Shown here piece by piece: positions 10,754 to 22,200 of a stretch of DNA of 35,950 bases (position 1 is the stretch's first letter; every line of letters begins with the position of its first letter). The DNA is taken from contig JYFJ02003964.1 in NCBI GenBank assembly GCA_000934665.2, positions 1-35,950 of the forward strand, in the 5' to 3' direction. Origin of the DNA: Catajapyx aquilonaris (Eukaryota). The notes beneath the pieces were generated by a model, which saw only the letters and a list, made by a program, of their open reading frames with translations, searched no databases and was not told the origin of the DNA. Both the position numbers and the translations under genes were made by a program.

Positions 10754-13700
10754 ATGATGGAAGAAGAGTACGAGAACTTGATCGGACCGAAGCTTCCCAT
10801 CAATCCTTTTGTGCTGAGGCAAACCCTGTCGACGTATGACAAGCTGAAGGTAAGGTTGTTGTGCATTGTGCAAGGTATGCTCCAATAATGGCATGTTCTG
10901 GAATTCTCCAGATGTTGGTGACAGTGTTCATGCTGCCATTTAGGGTGCTGCTCTTTGTGGTGACTGCAGCATCAGTGACTCTCAGCTGCACAGTGGCATC
11001 ATGGGGACGAAGCATGGAGGAGATGCAAGCACTCAAATACAACTGGTGGCGACAGTCAGTGTTTTGTATTTTTGTGCATCTGTTGATATGCTTCCAGACA
11101 GATCTAAAACTTGACGCTAACTTGTTAAATGGACAATAATGTCTATTGCAAAGTTATAGGGGAAGTGTGGGTGGCAGTTACTTGAGAGCCCAGTTGATCC
11201 TATCACATTGCAGGCATGCCAAATTTCTATATTCATGATTTATTCTCGTGGTAACTCCACCCAGATTTGTGCCTAACCATGGAGAAGATGCCCTATAACA
11301 GGGCTATTCAACTAGTTTATGACAAGTTCCAGTATTTACCTTTCCTGGGCCATTAAGTCCAGGTCCCCCCCCCCTGGTAAAGTTATGGATTTTATATCGT
11401 ACCACAGGGTTCATTTCTGAAAATAGAAACGTGTGCAGCCAGCGTAGAAGGGCCTATCACGACAGGACATATTAAGACATTTTCGCCCTTTATGATGTCC
11501 TGTACAGGCATGTAGGCGGAAATATTTTTTGGAGGGGGACCCATTTCATAAGCACTAGGTGAACATGTGGTGAAGGGCAGGGAGTAAGGCCGCTGCGGGC
11601 GGATTTTTTTGGGGAGGGGTTCAAGGTCACATGAGCTTTGGTGAATGTGGGAGGTTTGAATGGATGTGTATTTGATTAAATTGGTAGCACTTTTTCCAAA
11701 AATCATGAATTAGTAATTTCTAATCCTATTTCAAACTGTCCTATAAATCGTCGCGGTCCGGACAAAATTGTGTCATGGTCCGCAAATTGAATAGCTCTGC
11801 CCTATAACATAGTCTGCTTTGTCATGCATCGTGACATACTGCAATTAAAAATGAGTCATGCATGTGTGCTGGTGATCACATTATGATGAAACTTGTCTGT
11901 AAGGGACTGGATTCAGCGGAAACAGGTCCATTACTTATTTTGCTTTGTCCTGGCAAGCAGATTTCCATAGGACTGTTATCATGTGCGACAGAAACACATT
12001 CAACACAGATAATGTGTGTGGACTGGCATGATTCCACCAGAGACAGTTTCTGTATCAGCCTGGAAACATCATGCATACCTTACGGCATCTGCTAGCTGCA
12101 CATGTATTACATAATATCCAATTATGCCCACTTTGGGAAGTCCTACAATTGCAATGCATGCTACTGTATAACATATGCATAGCAGAACTGATCTATTCCA
12201 TGAAAATTTCCCGTACTGGGACATGACTGGAACCAATGCAAAATTTCACAATAGCCTACACAAGATTCCCCTGAGTTCCAGTTGGGAAGTTTCAGTGCTC
12301 TAACTTTTTCACCATGAAATTCCTGACATCTTATAAGAGATCATCCCATACTTTGATTATTTTGCAAGTGTCTTATGATTGCTATTGTTGTACTGGTGAT
12401 TTAATCACATGACTTGTTAGAAAATATATTGTTTGTGTCCTCTTCCAGGATGATATGGGACTATGGCAGAAAGATTTTGTGTGTGACGGCATTTGCAATG
12501 GGATTCCAGTGGGTTGAGGCCAAAGGCCGGCAAGCAAGTGTGAGTGAGGCCCCCATCCTGGTGATGGCCCCACACTCCAGTTTTCTTGACTGCGTACCCA
12601 TCTTCAACATGCAGCGGAATACCTCTATCATTACCAAGGGCGATTACCACAAGGCACCAGTAATTGGAGGTAAGCTTTCATCCTGTTGGGGTAATATCAA
12701 CTGCAAAGGCTTGCATTGACAGAAAATTCTGCCTCCTTTCTCAGTGGTGCTGACCTACATCAAGACCCTGTTCTTCTGGAGGGATGACCCCAACTCCAGG
12801 CACAACCTCATCAAGGAGATTCTTCGCAGGTCAACTGCTTCAGATGCCCCAGCACAAGTAGGCCCTGATTATTGCGCATTTTGTTGCGACAAGATATATT
12901 TTCCTGTTAAAGTAATCTCAGTGTCATCACGGATGAATTGCTTCATTGAACTGCTTAACCTCTCAAGTTCAATATTTTCAAAACAGTGGAGAGTACAGTC
13001 AAACACAAAAGCCAGATGCAATTCTAACAAATTGTGCAGTAGGGCCTACATAATAAACATGAGTGAACCTGGAATACTTACACCATTAGGGTATGCCAAG
13101 TGCACATGGAAGATGTGCTGCTCACATAGGTTGCCAGATAATTTTCAGGGCAATATCAATAACTATGCCTCTATAATTTGCTCATGAAGGTACATCCTGA
13201 TTTAGTGTCTTCAGCTACAGTAAGATAATATCTGTAAATAATGCCCTTGATGTTTCAAGACCTCAAAATGATAGGAATTATGATTAGTATATCAGTGTCT
13301 TGAGATGTACAGTAAGATTGTACTGGTGAATCATGCCCTTGATGTTTAGAGATCAGTGACATCAAAATGATAGGAAATAAGAGCACACAAATATGACACA
13401 GAGTAATGTTCCTTTATCACTTCCTAACAGTGTCCCATCAATACACTGAGGATTTTATCAGCACCCTTTCATCATAAGACTCCAAAAAGGTTGCTCAAAA
13501 AGGTTTTTAACTGATGTGTCGGTCACTAACTCTTAACTTGTCCACTCAACCAACCACTTATAAGAATGTTGGAAATGCCACTTGGTCAATAAGTGTTATA
13601 TTTACTTGCAGTGTGTTCAACTAAGAGCCAATGGACTCTGCGGAACAAATACTAGGGTGAATAAACAGAATGATAATCATGAAGCTTCAAAAATCCACCA

Positions 13701-16249
13701 ATCAAATGGTTTTGGTTCTGTTGTCTGAGTTTGAAATTCTACTGGCCAAACTCAGGTCAGTGAGAAGGCCTATGATTTGTGTGTTTATTTATTCACAAAT
13801 TACATGACCTTGCACAGTGACTGATTCACTTGCATTTGATCCATCCATGTATTATGGATACAAATTATTAGGGTTATGTGTTTCCTTGGGTTTCAGGAGA
13901 TAAATCATTAACTCATTCAAAGCAAAGGAAACAAAATGAAAGAGAGAAACTTAGTTGGACACAAGACCTTATTTGAGCAACAGTGAATGAACAGCCATAA
14001 GCTATGCTGTGGGTGTGTGAAATGGAGAATCTCAAGTTCGTATCTTGATTGTGTTTCAGGTGACAGTCCTTCCTGAAGGAACTTGCACCACCCGCGCTTG
14101 CCTAATCCCATTCAAGCCTGGTGCATTCTACCCACGTGTACCTGTCCAGCCAGTGTGTCTGCGATATCCCAACAACCTCGACACAGTCACCTGGACCTGG
14201 GTAGGCCCAGGTGTGTTGCGTCAAGCCTTGCTGTGCTTCCTGCAATTCCACATCCGGCTGCAGATGGAGTTCCTGCCTGTGTACTACCCCAGCCAGGAGG
14301 AAAAAGACGATCCCAAACTATATGCTGAGAATGTCCGCCTTGTCATGGCCAAGTGAGTCCAGTCATACTTTCTCAGGACAGTGGAACTTGTACTGTACAA
14401 CTCAAACAGGGATTGAACTTCCATAAGTCAGAATTTGTGCCAAATTCAAATAGAATTTTCCAGCAATCTGCATAAATGTTATTGGCCTATTGATGGAATG
14501 GAAGTTGGAGAACCAAAGGATGTTTCTGCACCTCCTAAAGAACTGAATGTGAACCAAAATCATTGTGCATGTTGCCAAAGGCTTCTTTCCTCCCAAAAAT
14601 CAAGTGATTAACATTAAGGGGGTCAAGTTTTCATTTATTTACGTTAAACAATGTTGAAATAAAGTTGAATGTCCTTGTACAGTTTCAGACTTCTAACTTT
14701 TCTAAAATCTTACATAATTCAGTGTGTGTGGATAGGCATCAGGCTGATCAGGGCACAAGTTTCACCTAACGTGATGTGTAGGATCTAATCTTGAGCATAT
14801 AATTATACATCTTTGCACTTAGCGAATGACCAACTGATTTTATTAATGTGTTATAGGGCTTTGAATCTTCCTCTTACGGATTATGGTCTCCTGGACTGCC
14901 GGCTTCTGCTCAAAATGGGCGTCCTGGACTTTGGGTTTGACATCAAAGAGCTGAAGCAGCTTAGGCAGGTCTGGAGGTAAGGTGACATAATGCATGAATC
15001 TCAGTAACTAGTGAACTAATTACCAGTTTGAATTCAGGCTTGAAGGAAGCAGCTGTGAGAAGGATCTTTTGTCCAGATGGTTGGATGGATCTCTAGCAGA
15101 GGTAGAAGTTGATCCAGAAAGATTGGGGTCAGTGTTGGGAGTACCTGGAAATAGTCTGTACCTGCAGGACCTTTGCCGGTTGTTGAGACTGGTATGACTC
15201 CGAAGTTTTATAGCCCATAAAAATCAGATTATGAATCTCAAATTATAGTCCTCAGATAAACCAAAAGTCAATCTGGAGCTCTACGCTATGCTCCTAGCAT
15301 GGATGGGCTGGGCCCAGCAGTGCAGCAGGGCAGCTGAGAAAGTGTTTCAGGTTAGTCACTGATTGGATTAAAGTGTGTAATTCACAAGCGAGTCTGTCTG
15401 AAACTGCGATACGGTATGCTATGATTTCCTCTTTAAGAACAATGACACCATTTGAACTTGTTTGTAGTGCAGTGGTAATACTTTTTTCATTGGCTATAAC
15501 ATGATTTTATTATCAGCTTGTATAAGAGTACATACATTACAAACCGTGTCTACCTTGACAATGGGATTTCTCTTTTACATGCTTTTTGCTGATAGACTTT
15601 CAAGGGCTGTTGGTAGAAGGTTCGATGAAATGGAAAAACTACGGTGCTGTTACACATGGCCCATTTTTTCTCATCAAGCTTACAATGAACCATAACATAC
15701 AATTAGATTGGAATTTCTGTTACACAGCAACCCATTTTTTACGAACATTTTATGCATTAAAAACATGCATGACGTAACAATTGGTGAACCAGCTATGTTG
15801 AAAAGTTCCAGAGCCCATGGCAAAGAGGCGCTCAGCTTTTTGCAAAATAATTTGTATTTTGAGGCTGGTGGTTATTATCATCCAAACTACCCAAGTAATT
15901 CATCAGTGAGAATTTGCTTCAAGTAATTCATTTATTAAAGGTATTAGACCAGTCTGGAAAGGGGTCATTGACGCTGGATGGCTTGAGTGCATCACTAGTC
16001 AACCTGGGTGGTCTCACAGCGAGTGATATTTCCGTGCTGTACCACCAACTGGACCGGGAAGACATGGGTCATATAGAAGCCAGTGAGTTTCATTATTTAA
16101 AGTTCTTGACAATTTCAAAGCAAGTCTTTTAAATAACTTTTATTATTCCAGAAAATGTGGAGTGCTTGATGTGCTTGAAGCCAGAATTCATAAAGTTCTT
16201 TGCCATTTGCTGCCACCTCATGAGGACCGAAAAGGTCAAGAAAGAGTGA
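10754..16249 (+). CDS. LPCAT2: LPCAT1/2-family acyltransferase, tandem paralogue B (493 aa); exons 10754-10849, 10912-11054, 12449-12669, 12745-12857, 14060-14352, 14857-14976, 15038-15191, 15249-15350, 15941-16082, 16152-16249
   Basis: ATG has an in-frame TAA upstream (10742). N-terminal NPFV motif plus hydrophobic segment, [72 protein letters not shown]-hand-like loops and a KVKKE* terminus. Exon lengths sum to 1482 nt with consistent phases. Confidence 0.92.
11299..11799. mobile_element. hAT-type MITE, copy 1
   Basis: TIR CAGGGCTATTCAA / TTGAATAGCTCTG. Perfect 8-bp TSD CCCTATAA (11291-11298, 11800-11807). Second copy at 24539-24993. Confidence 0.9.
13203..13380. repeat. Diverged ~90-bp tandem duplication in an LPCAT-B intron
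   Basis: AGTGTCTT..TACAGTAAGAT..ATGCCCTTGATGTTT..TCAAAATGATAGGAA occurs twice in tandem (~13203-13290 and ~13292-13380). Confidence 0.75.
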
Positions 16250-16594
16250 CCTTGTCCCTCACCTGAACCCACGAGTCAAGAGGTGGGGTCAAGAAGACAG
16301 TCCTGGATAAGTGGAAGGAGGGTGTCAACACCTGAGGGTCGTGCAAGCAGACTGGATTGCAATTCTTTGTTTGGCTGGGAAAAAAATATTATTAATTAAC
16401 CATTATTTTAGCTATGTCAAGGATAAACTTACCAATTCTGCAGCAGTCTGCCTGCACCCATAGCAGAGTCCAAGGTCCCCATCTTTAGGAGGCATTGGAC
16501 ACTTCAAAGAACAAAAATCCAAGTCATGAGAATTCAGGGGAATATTGTACATCACAGTGTATAGATTATACTAAGGCAACTAATAGGTGAAATT

Positions 16595-16603
16595 TTTATT
16601 AAA
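16595..16603. terminator. Overlapping candidate polyadenylation signals for convergent LPCAT-B and CTU2
   Basis: TTTATTAAA reads as AATAAA on the - strand (16600-16595) and ATTAAA on the + strand (16598-16603), between the two stop codons. Confidence 0.45.
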
Positions 16604-16884
16604 TGTCATCACATTAAGCTGAGAAAAACTACTCATCATTCCCTGTCAAACTTCTGCAGCAAATAATTCCACTGCAAGTGACTTGTTGCAAAATGTGTCA
16701 CAATTAAGCAATAATGGTCTGAACTACTGAAAAGGGACTTGGCCAGCATTATTACTGTAATGGCGACTGGACAGTCACGGCAGTTGGCCGTGACTCTTTT
16801 CTTGCATATGGTTACCTTTTTGGCACCTAAAATGCACCTAATGGAACCAGAATCTTCAAAACAGTACTTTTTGTACAAGTCAGA

Positions 16885-19094
16885 TTATCTGTTGTCTAAA
16901 CTCACTTGGCAGAGAGGGCACGCAACATCTGACTCTTGGGGCTGCAATTTGGATGCTGTGCCCAAAATGGCGTATTCTGTTGATGGGAACTCCTTTTGCA
17001 GGCTAGTAAGGAATGTCTCGGTCAAGGACTGCACACTCTCACAGGACAATCCTGTCCTCAGGTTCCTCCTCTTTACTGCTGCCACATCCAAAAAGCGAGC
17101 CAGAAGTGTCACCTCTCTTTGAGTTAAATCCCGAAGTGGACGGATTGTCTGAATCCCTCCTGGCCATTTGGACGAGGGTAGAGTCTGAATTGGCACGTGG
17201 CAAAGCCGTCCCTGGGCTAATTCAGATAGGATCTGAACACAAGTTTCAGAGCCTGTAGTTCCTAGGATGGCCACTGGACAGTCAAGTCGGGTGCATGCAT
17301 TCAAGATTAATCGAGTTCTAAGGCTCCCAAGCAAGGATTCACGTTTGCTTAAGCTCAGGCCATCAAATGCCTCTTTGAGGGGCTTGATTAAGTCAGTGTT
17401 TGTGGGAAGTATAGGCAGTGTAGAGGAGCTCACATCCCATTCGATAAGGCTAAACTCAGCCATCAAGGCCTGATCAAGAGAGGTCAAGTAGGTGGGAAAG
17501 TCTTGGGCATGAAGAGAAGGAAGATTTTGGGCCAAAGCAAGCAGGTTTGAAGCACACTCCTCAGCTGTTACATCAGGCAACACTGTGCACTCTGGAATAT
17601 GTGAAAATAAAATTAGGCATCTTCAAAGGACATCGAATAAAAGTTTTAAATTTGTCAAATCACCAAGCATGAATCGAATCTCGTGATTATTACAAAAGAC
17701 ATGGAAACACATCCTTTTTTCTTCTCTCAAATTAATTTAATCATGCATTGTACGTATGCACTGACAAGTAAGCTAATTAATTACCATCAATGTGAAGAAT
17801 GTGCATGGCAGGCTGCGGCCCTCCTTTGGCACAGGCCTGCATCCAATCGTACAAGAGACGTAACACAATGGATGAGTTGGTCCCTCCTGAGTGGGCCACC
17901 AGGATACGGCCTCCTCGCAGACGAGTCTTTCCTAAGCTTCCTCTAAACTTGTGCACCGTTGCGGATATAAAACAATCCCTTTCAAAATGGGAAAAGTACG
18001 GGTGAGTAGGTTGGCCAACACAATTAGGCAACAATTAACATTAGGTCCAGAATGCACTCCATCGCATGCAGGGGAAATCTCTTGCTAGAATAAAAATCTG
18101 CAACTCTTTACAATTAAATAAACAATGTGATAGCTCATGAAATTTGTTCTGGCTGTAAGGCTTCACGAAAGTGACATCTCATTTTTACTGTACAGTGCTG
18201 GACATTAATTCCATCATACTGCTAGTTGCTGCTAGTGACATTTTCCAACGCGGCAGATGTGCAAATCGAAGTGATAGTGCGAGCCATGCGAGTAAGAAAT
18301 GGTAGCCCTTGAGTGATGTCACTGGCTGGGGACAAGTATTTTTTTCCAGTGTCCCCCCAGCCGGTGACGTCACTCAAGGCCTACCTCGCATTACTCACAC
18401 GGCTCACACTATCACTTCGATTTGCACTTCTGCTGCAACAGAAATGTCGCAAGCAGTATGACGCGATTAATGTCCAACACTACATTCGTATCAAAGTGTT
18501 GGGCCAGGTTGTGCATGAGTTCCTGCACCATTTAGTTCTCACTTGTAGTAAGTGGCAAAAAAAGGCGCACTTTGCCCCTTACAATGGCCATCATTTCCAC
18601 TAAAAATGTGTTTAGAATATAGTTTTTTTTTCACTTATTGCAAGTTATTATAAGTGGGAAAAATGATTCCTCTTTTTTTCTAAATTCATGTATTTCCATT
18701 TTGCCCCGACTTGTACGAATAGAGGACAGTCTTCCATGGAACAATCAACGGTTTTTGAAAGCTAATGTCGGATTTCCTGCTAATCTCAACTCAGGCCAGT
18801 GTTGCGCTGCCACGACCAAACACAATATCACTGCAACCAAGCTGCAACTCACTTGCAATACAAATCCTTCGCCCTGAGGATGACACACGCAGGCAGCTCG
18901 CATTTCCGACACTTGTTCATCTTCATGTCTGCCAGCACTGGTCCCTGCGAACTCCCGGCTTCCTCCGTGCATCCCACCATACTCGCTCCAGCCTCTTCCA
19001 GCCCGTCCTCGGCCGTCCTTCACAAAGCAAACCTTTCATCATACAACCCAGCGTGGATCACACGCAACGGATGAACTCACCTGGAAGCCGCCAT
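16885..19094 (-). CDS. CTU2: Cytoplasmic tRNA 2-thiolation protein 2 (~359 aa); exons 19094-19081, 19017-18853, 17978-17785, 17591-16885
   Basis: Spliced product MAASRTAEDGLEE...KCRKCELPACVILRAKDLYCKDCFISATVHKFRGSLGK...ILVAHSGGTNSS (PP-loop-like)...HIDE...IRPLRDLTQREV...SVQSLTETFLTSLQKEFPST...CPLCQVSLD. These match motifs of the CTU2/Ncs2 family. Phases are consistent (1080 nt). The 3' end is uncertain because of a possible donor at 16905. Confidence 0.88.
18193..18482. mobile_element. Fold-back MITE (hAT-like termini) in CTU2 intron 2
   Basis: CAGTGCTGGACATTAAT / ATTAATGTCCAACACTA termini. Long internal arms GTGCAAATCGAAGTGATAGTG / CACTATCACTTCGATTTGCAC and CCTTGAGTGATGTCACTGGCTGGGG / CCCCAGCCGGTGACGTCACTCAAGG. 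TSD not convincing. Confidence 0.8.
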
Positions 19095-19212
19095 GTTTGG
19101 GGATCATATAACAACTGCGCTCGGAAAGGCAGCAGCATCTGCGCTACTTCCAGCCCCGCTGCTTTCCCCATCCATGGAGGAGGAATGGGGCAAGATGGCG
19201 CGACGGGAGCAG
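19086..19212. promoter_or_regulatory. Putative bidirectional CpG-rich promoter for CTU2 (-) and MBTPS1 (+)
   Basis: Divergent YY1/Pho-type motifs ~95 bp apart: AAACATGGCGGC on the - strand (contains the CTU2 ATG) and CAAGATGGCGCG on the + strand (19191-19202). The + motif is followed by donor-like CAG|GTCGGG. GC- and CpG-rich island. Confidence 0.55.
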
Positions 19213-22200
19213 GTCGGGAACTGCTGGAAGGAGGAGGAATCCGGCCAGGGGTAGCTGCGGCCCCCACTCCGCTCCAGCTGCACCGGGGCCTCTCTCTCCA
19301 TGGTACGGGTTGGCCCGGGACGGGGGAAGACACCCTCTGGGAAGGAGGGCCGGATGGGGGCTGCCCCGGGGGGAAGCCATCCTCATCAGGGGTCTCCTCG
19401 CACTGGGGATGGGTTGTGCTCGGTCACGTCAGGTTGAGCAGGATGTTTCTTGCATGCCCTTCTTCCTGGGGTGGTTGACTGCCACTTATTGTGGGGAAGG
19501 GTGGTGGGGACAGTGGTTCAAAATGGGGTAGACCTGGGGCTTAACCGGTGACCTGGGGACAACAGTCAAGTGATAGTGCAAACATGAGTTTGGTATTCTC
19601 CCATTGTCCTGAGTAAGGAATGTGAGCTTCATCGAGTGATGCTGGTGATTTACCAGGTACCAAATAAAAATAACGGGAGGTTTGAAAAAGTAAGGTAATT
19701 TATGCACTGGCATTGACCAGCTGCACACTTGCCTCTTTTGCAAGGGTCGAAATATGCAAAGGTGCAATTTGCACTCCAAAATTATCATCTGCACTCCAAA
19801 CTGAGCCTTGGAGTGCAAGCTTTGTACTCAATTGGCTCTGCTTTTAAACATGGCTATACCCAGCAATTAAAATTAAGCACTCCCAAATAAGCAAATTACA
19901 CTCCAGAATAATTCTGGAGTGCAAACTTTGCATCTGGACAAAAATGTTCAAATTCGACCCCTTCTATTGCATCAAAAGGCCGGAATTTTTTTGACACTCA
20001 TTTGTACAATGCTGCCTTGAACCAGTCCATAAAAGGTCAAAACCCTTAATAATCAAGATGCAAGGCAGTGCACCCTGACAAGTCACTCCACACCACACCC
20101 AAACCACTACATTCCGACACATCACCTGCTGCCACCTGTCATGCAACAATGGCAAACAACAAAACATGCACTGCCGGGCAACCTTTACTGGAGCCCCCTT
20201 CGTATACTACATTTGACCTCCTTCCAGCTCAGCTCCAGTACACACTGGAGATCAGAGATTTATAAAATAGAATGGCATGGGCCCAAGGACCCTACAAGAA
20301 AATATTCATAATTTTGTGACAAAAGGTTCTAGATATATAACACCTAAAACAAAGCCGTGACATTTTGAAAATAAAAACCTGTCAATGCCACACTTACATC
20401 GTATTTTCCTGTGTGTACCGGAGAAAATATCATTCCTTATTTACTCTAACTGCACAAAAAGTCGAGATCTAACCAAAAATGGACTCGTAAAAAAAACTGC
20501 CAAGTCCTTAGCCACTCCGCCTTAAAAAGTTGTGAGATCATGGGTGGACACCAAGCCTCTTTGTGAGACTAGATTAAGTTACTTGGCTCACGATTGGAGA
20601 CTATAGACTTACAACTCGTAGACTTGGCGCATGGTTCGAGACTATTGACTAAGGTTGAGCCACTTGGCTCACCGGGCATGAAGAGCAATAGGGGTAAAAT
20701 TTAGTGGTTTCTGATCAACCAATGAGTGTTGCATGCCTTCCATTTACAGCTGTAAGGTCCAGACGGCAATTCCTTAATTACTCATGGGGTAACAAATTCC
20801 CCCTTCAAACCATACAGGGTGTTCTTGTGCCCATTCTAGGGTCCTGAGCACCAACGAATGACTTCTTCTCTATGTAAAGAAATCCACTGGTGCTCAGGAG
20901 TTCAACCTCAAAGTTTTGGACACGAGTTGTGAAACACCTTGTATAATTCCCCGTGAGCCAAGTCGCTCACCTTAGTCTATAGTCTTGAACCATGCACCAA
21001 GCCTACGAGTTGTGTCTATAGTCTCCAATCGTGAGCCAAGTAACTTGGCTTAATCTACAGTCTCACAAAGAGGCTTGGTGTCCACCCATGATCTCACAAC
21101 TTTTTAAGGCAGAGTGGCTAAGGACTTGGCAGTTTTTTTTACGAATCTGTTTTTGATTAGATAAACATTTATGCAAGTATTGTGCTCATCAACATCCGGA
21201 TCCCCAAGGAAGGGACTGTGATTGATTTGTGCATGACAGGATTACATGATGTGTTGTGCATATGCATATATTGCATGCTACTATCAGCCATTGATGTTAG
21301 ATATCTCCTTTTATTGGTTTCATCCTATTGAATAACTGCATACATTGTCAGTGGCATTAAAGCAATACTAATGAGTGCACGGATTTCCAGTGCTTATGGG
21401 TAAATGGAGGGTAGCATTTTAGTGACGTAGAAGTAAGTTTGTAACTTCAACTTTTCTTTGCTAATAATCTAGTTGGTTGGGTGTAACACCTTACATGAGT
21501 TTCAAGTAACTAGTAAAAGGGAAAGTAATTGAAATCTGGTGCGGAGTGTATTATTTTGGATGGGTAAAGGTATGTGGGTGTGAGATTTATTACAAGTAGA
21601 TGTAGTTAGGGCTGTGCGGTTAACTGGTTAATTTTTAGGTTATTGCATGAAACAGCCAGTTAATTTTTTATGAAATAACCGGTTATTCACTAACCGGTTT
21701 GTCCAATTAACTTTTTAATTGCTCTCAGTGATCGGATTTCAGAATTACCGGTTTATTACCGTCGAAGGAGTGGTGTGGTACTATGGTGTGCGCGGAAGGT
21801 GAGAGTCAAGCGGAGCTACACACGTTGCGAGTTACTCGGCCGAGTAGGGGAATACGCATTTACGCTTGCACAGTAGCCTACTCGCCCTCCAACTCACCCA
21901 CTGAGTAGGTGGGATCGGGTGGGATGGTGGGAAAGCGATTCGGAAGGCGAGTGAGCATGTGCAGTAGGCTACTCTCCCACCTGCTCGGCGAGTTACTGGC
22001 TACATGTGTTACACACGTGCAGCTCTGATCTTGTGTGTTATTTACCAATTCTCCTGTGAAAATAACCGGTTATAACCGAGGTTATTTCAATAACCGATAA
22101 CCAGTTTCCAAATTCAATAACTGCACAGCCCTAGGTGTAGTTACAAATGTCCCTGAAAATAATGAGTTTCAAAATTGCTTGTTTCCAAACTTGCAGGTTA

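Noticed and set aside
18185..18603. Opposite-strand ORFs sharing PQPVTSLK..LSLRFA
   Set aside because: Produced by the fold-back element at 18193-18482.
18765..19531. Several long overlapping ORFs, including a 237-aa + strand ORF and a 65-aa - strand ORF ending 9 nt before the CTU2 ATG
   Set aside because: GC-rich promoter DNA and antisense of CTU2 exons are stop-poor. The - strand ORFs probably start upstream of the CTU2 TSS.
21104..21131. GGCAGAGTGGCTAAGG, resembling a tRNA D-arm / A-box
   Set aside because: No B-box or cloverleaf downstream; it is part of the long inverted repeat arm.
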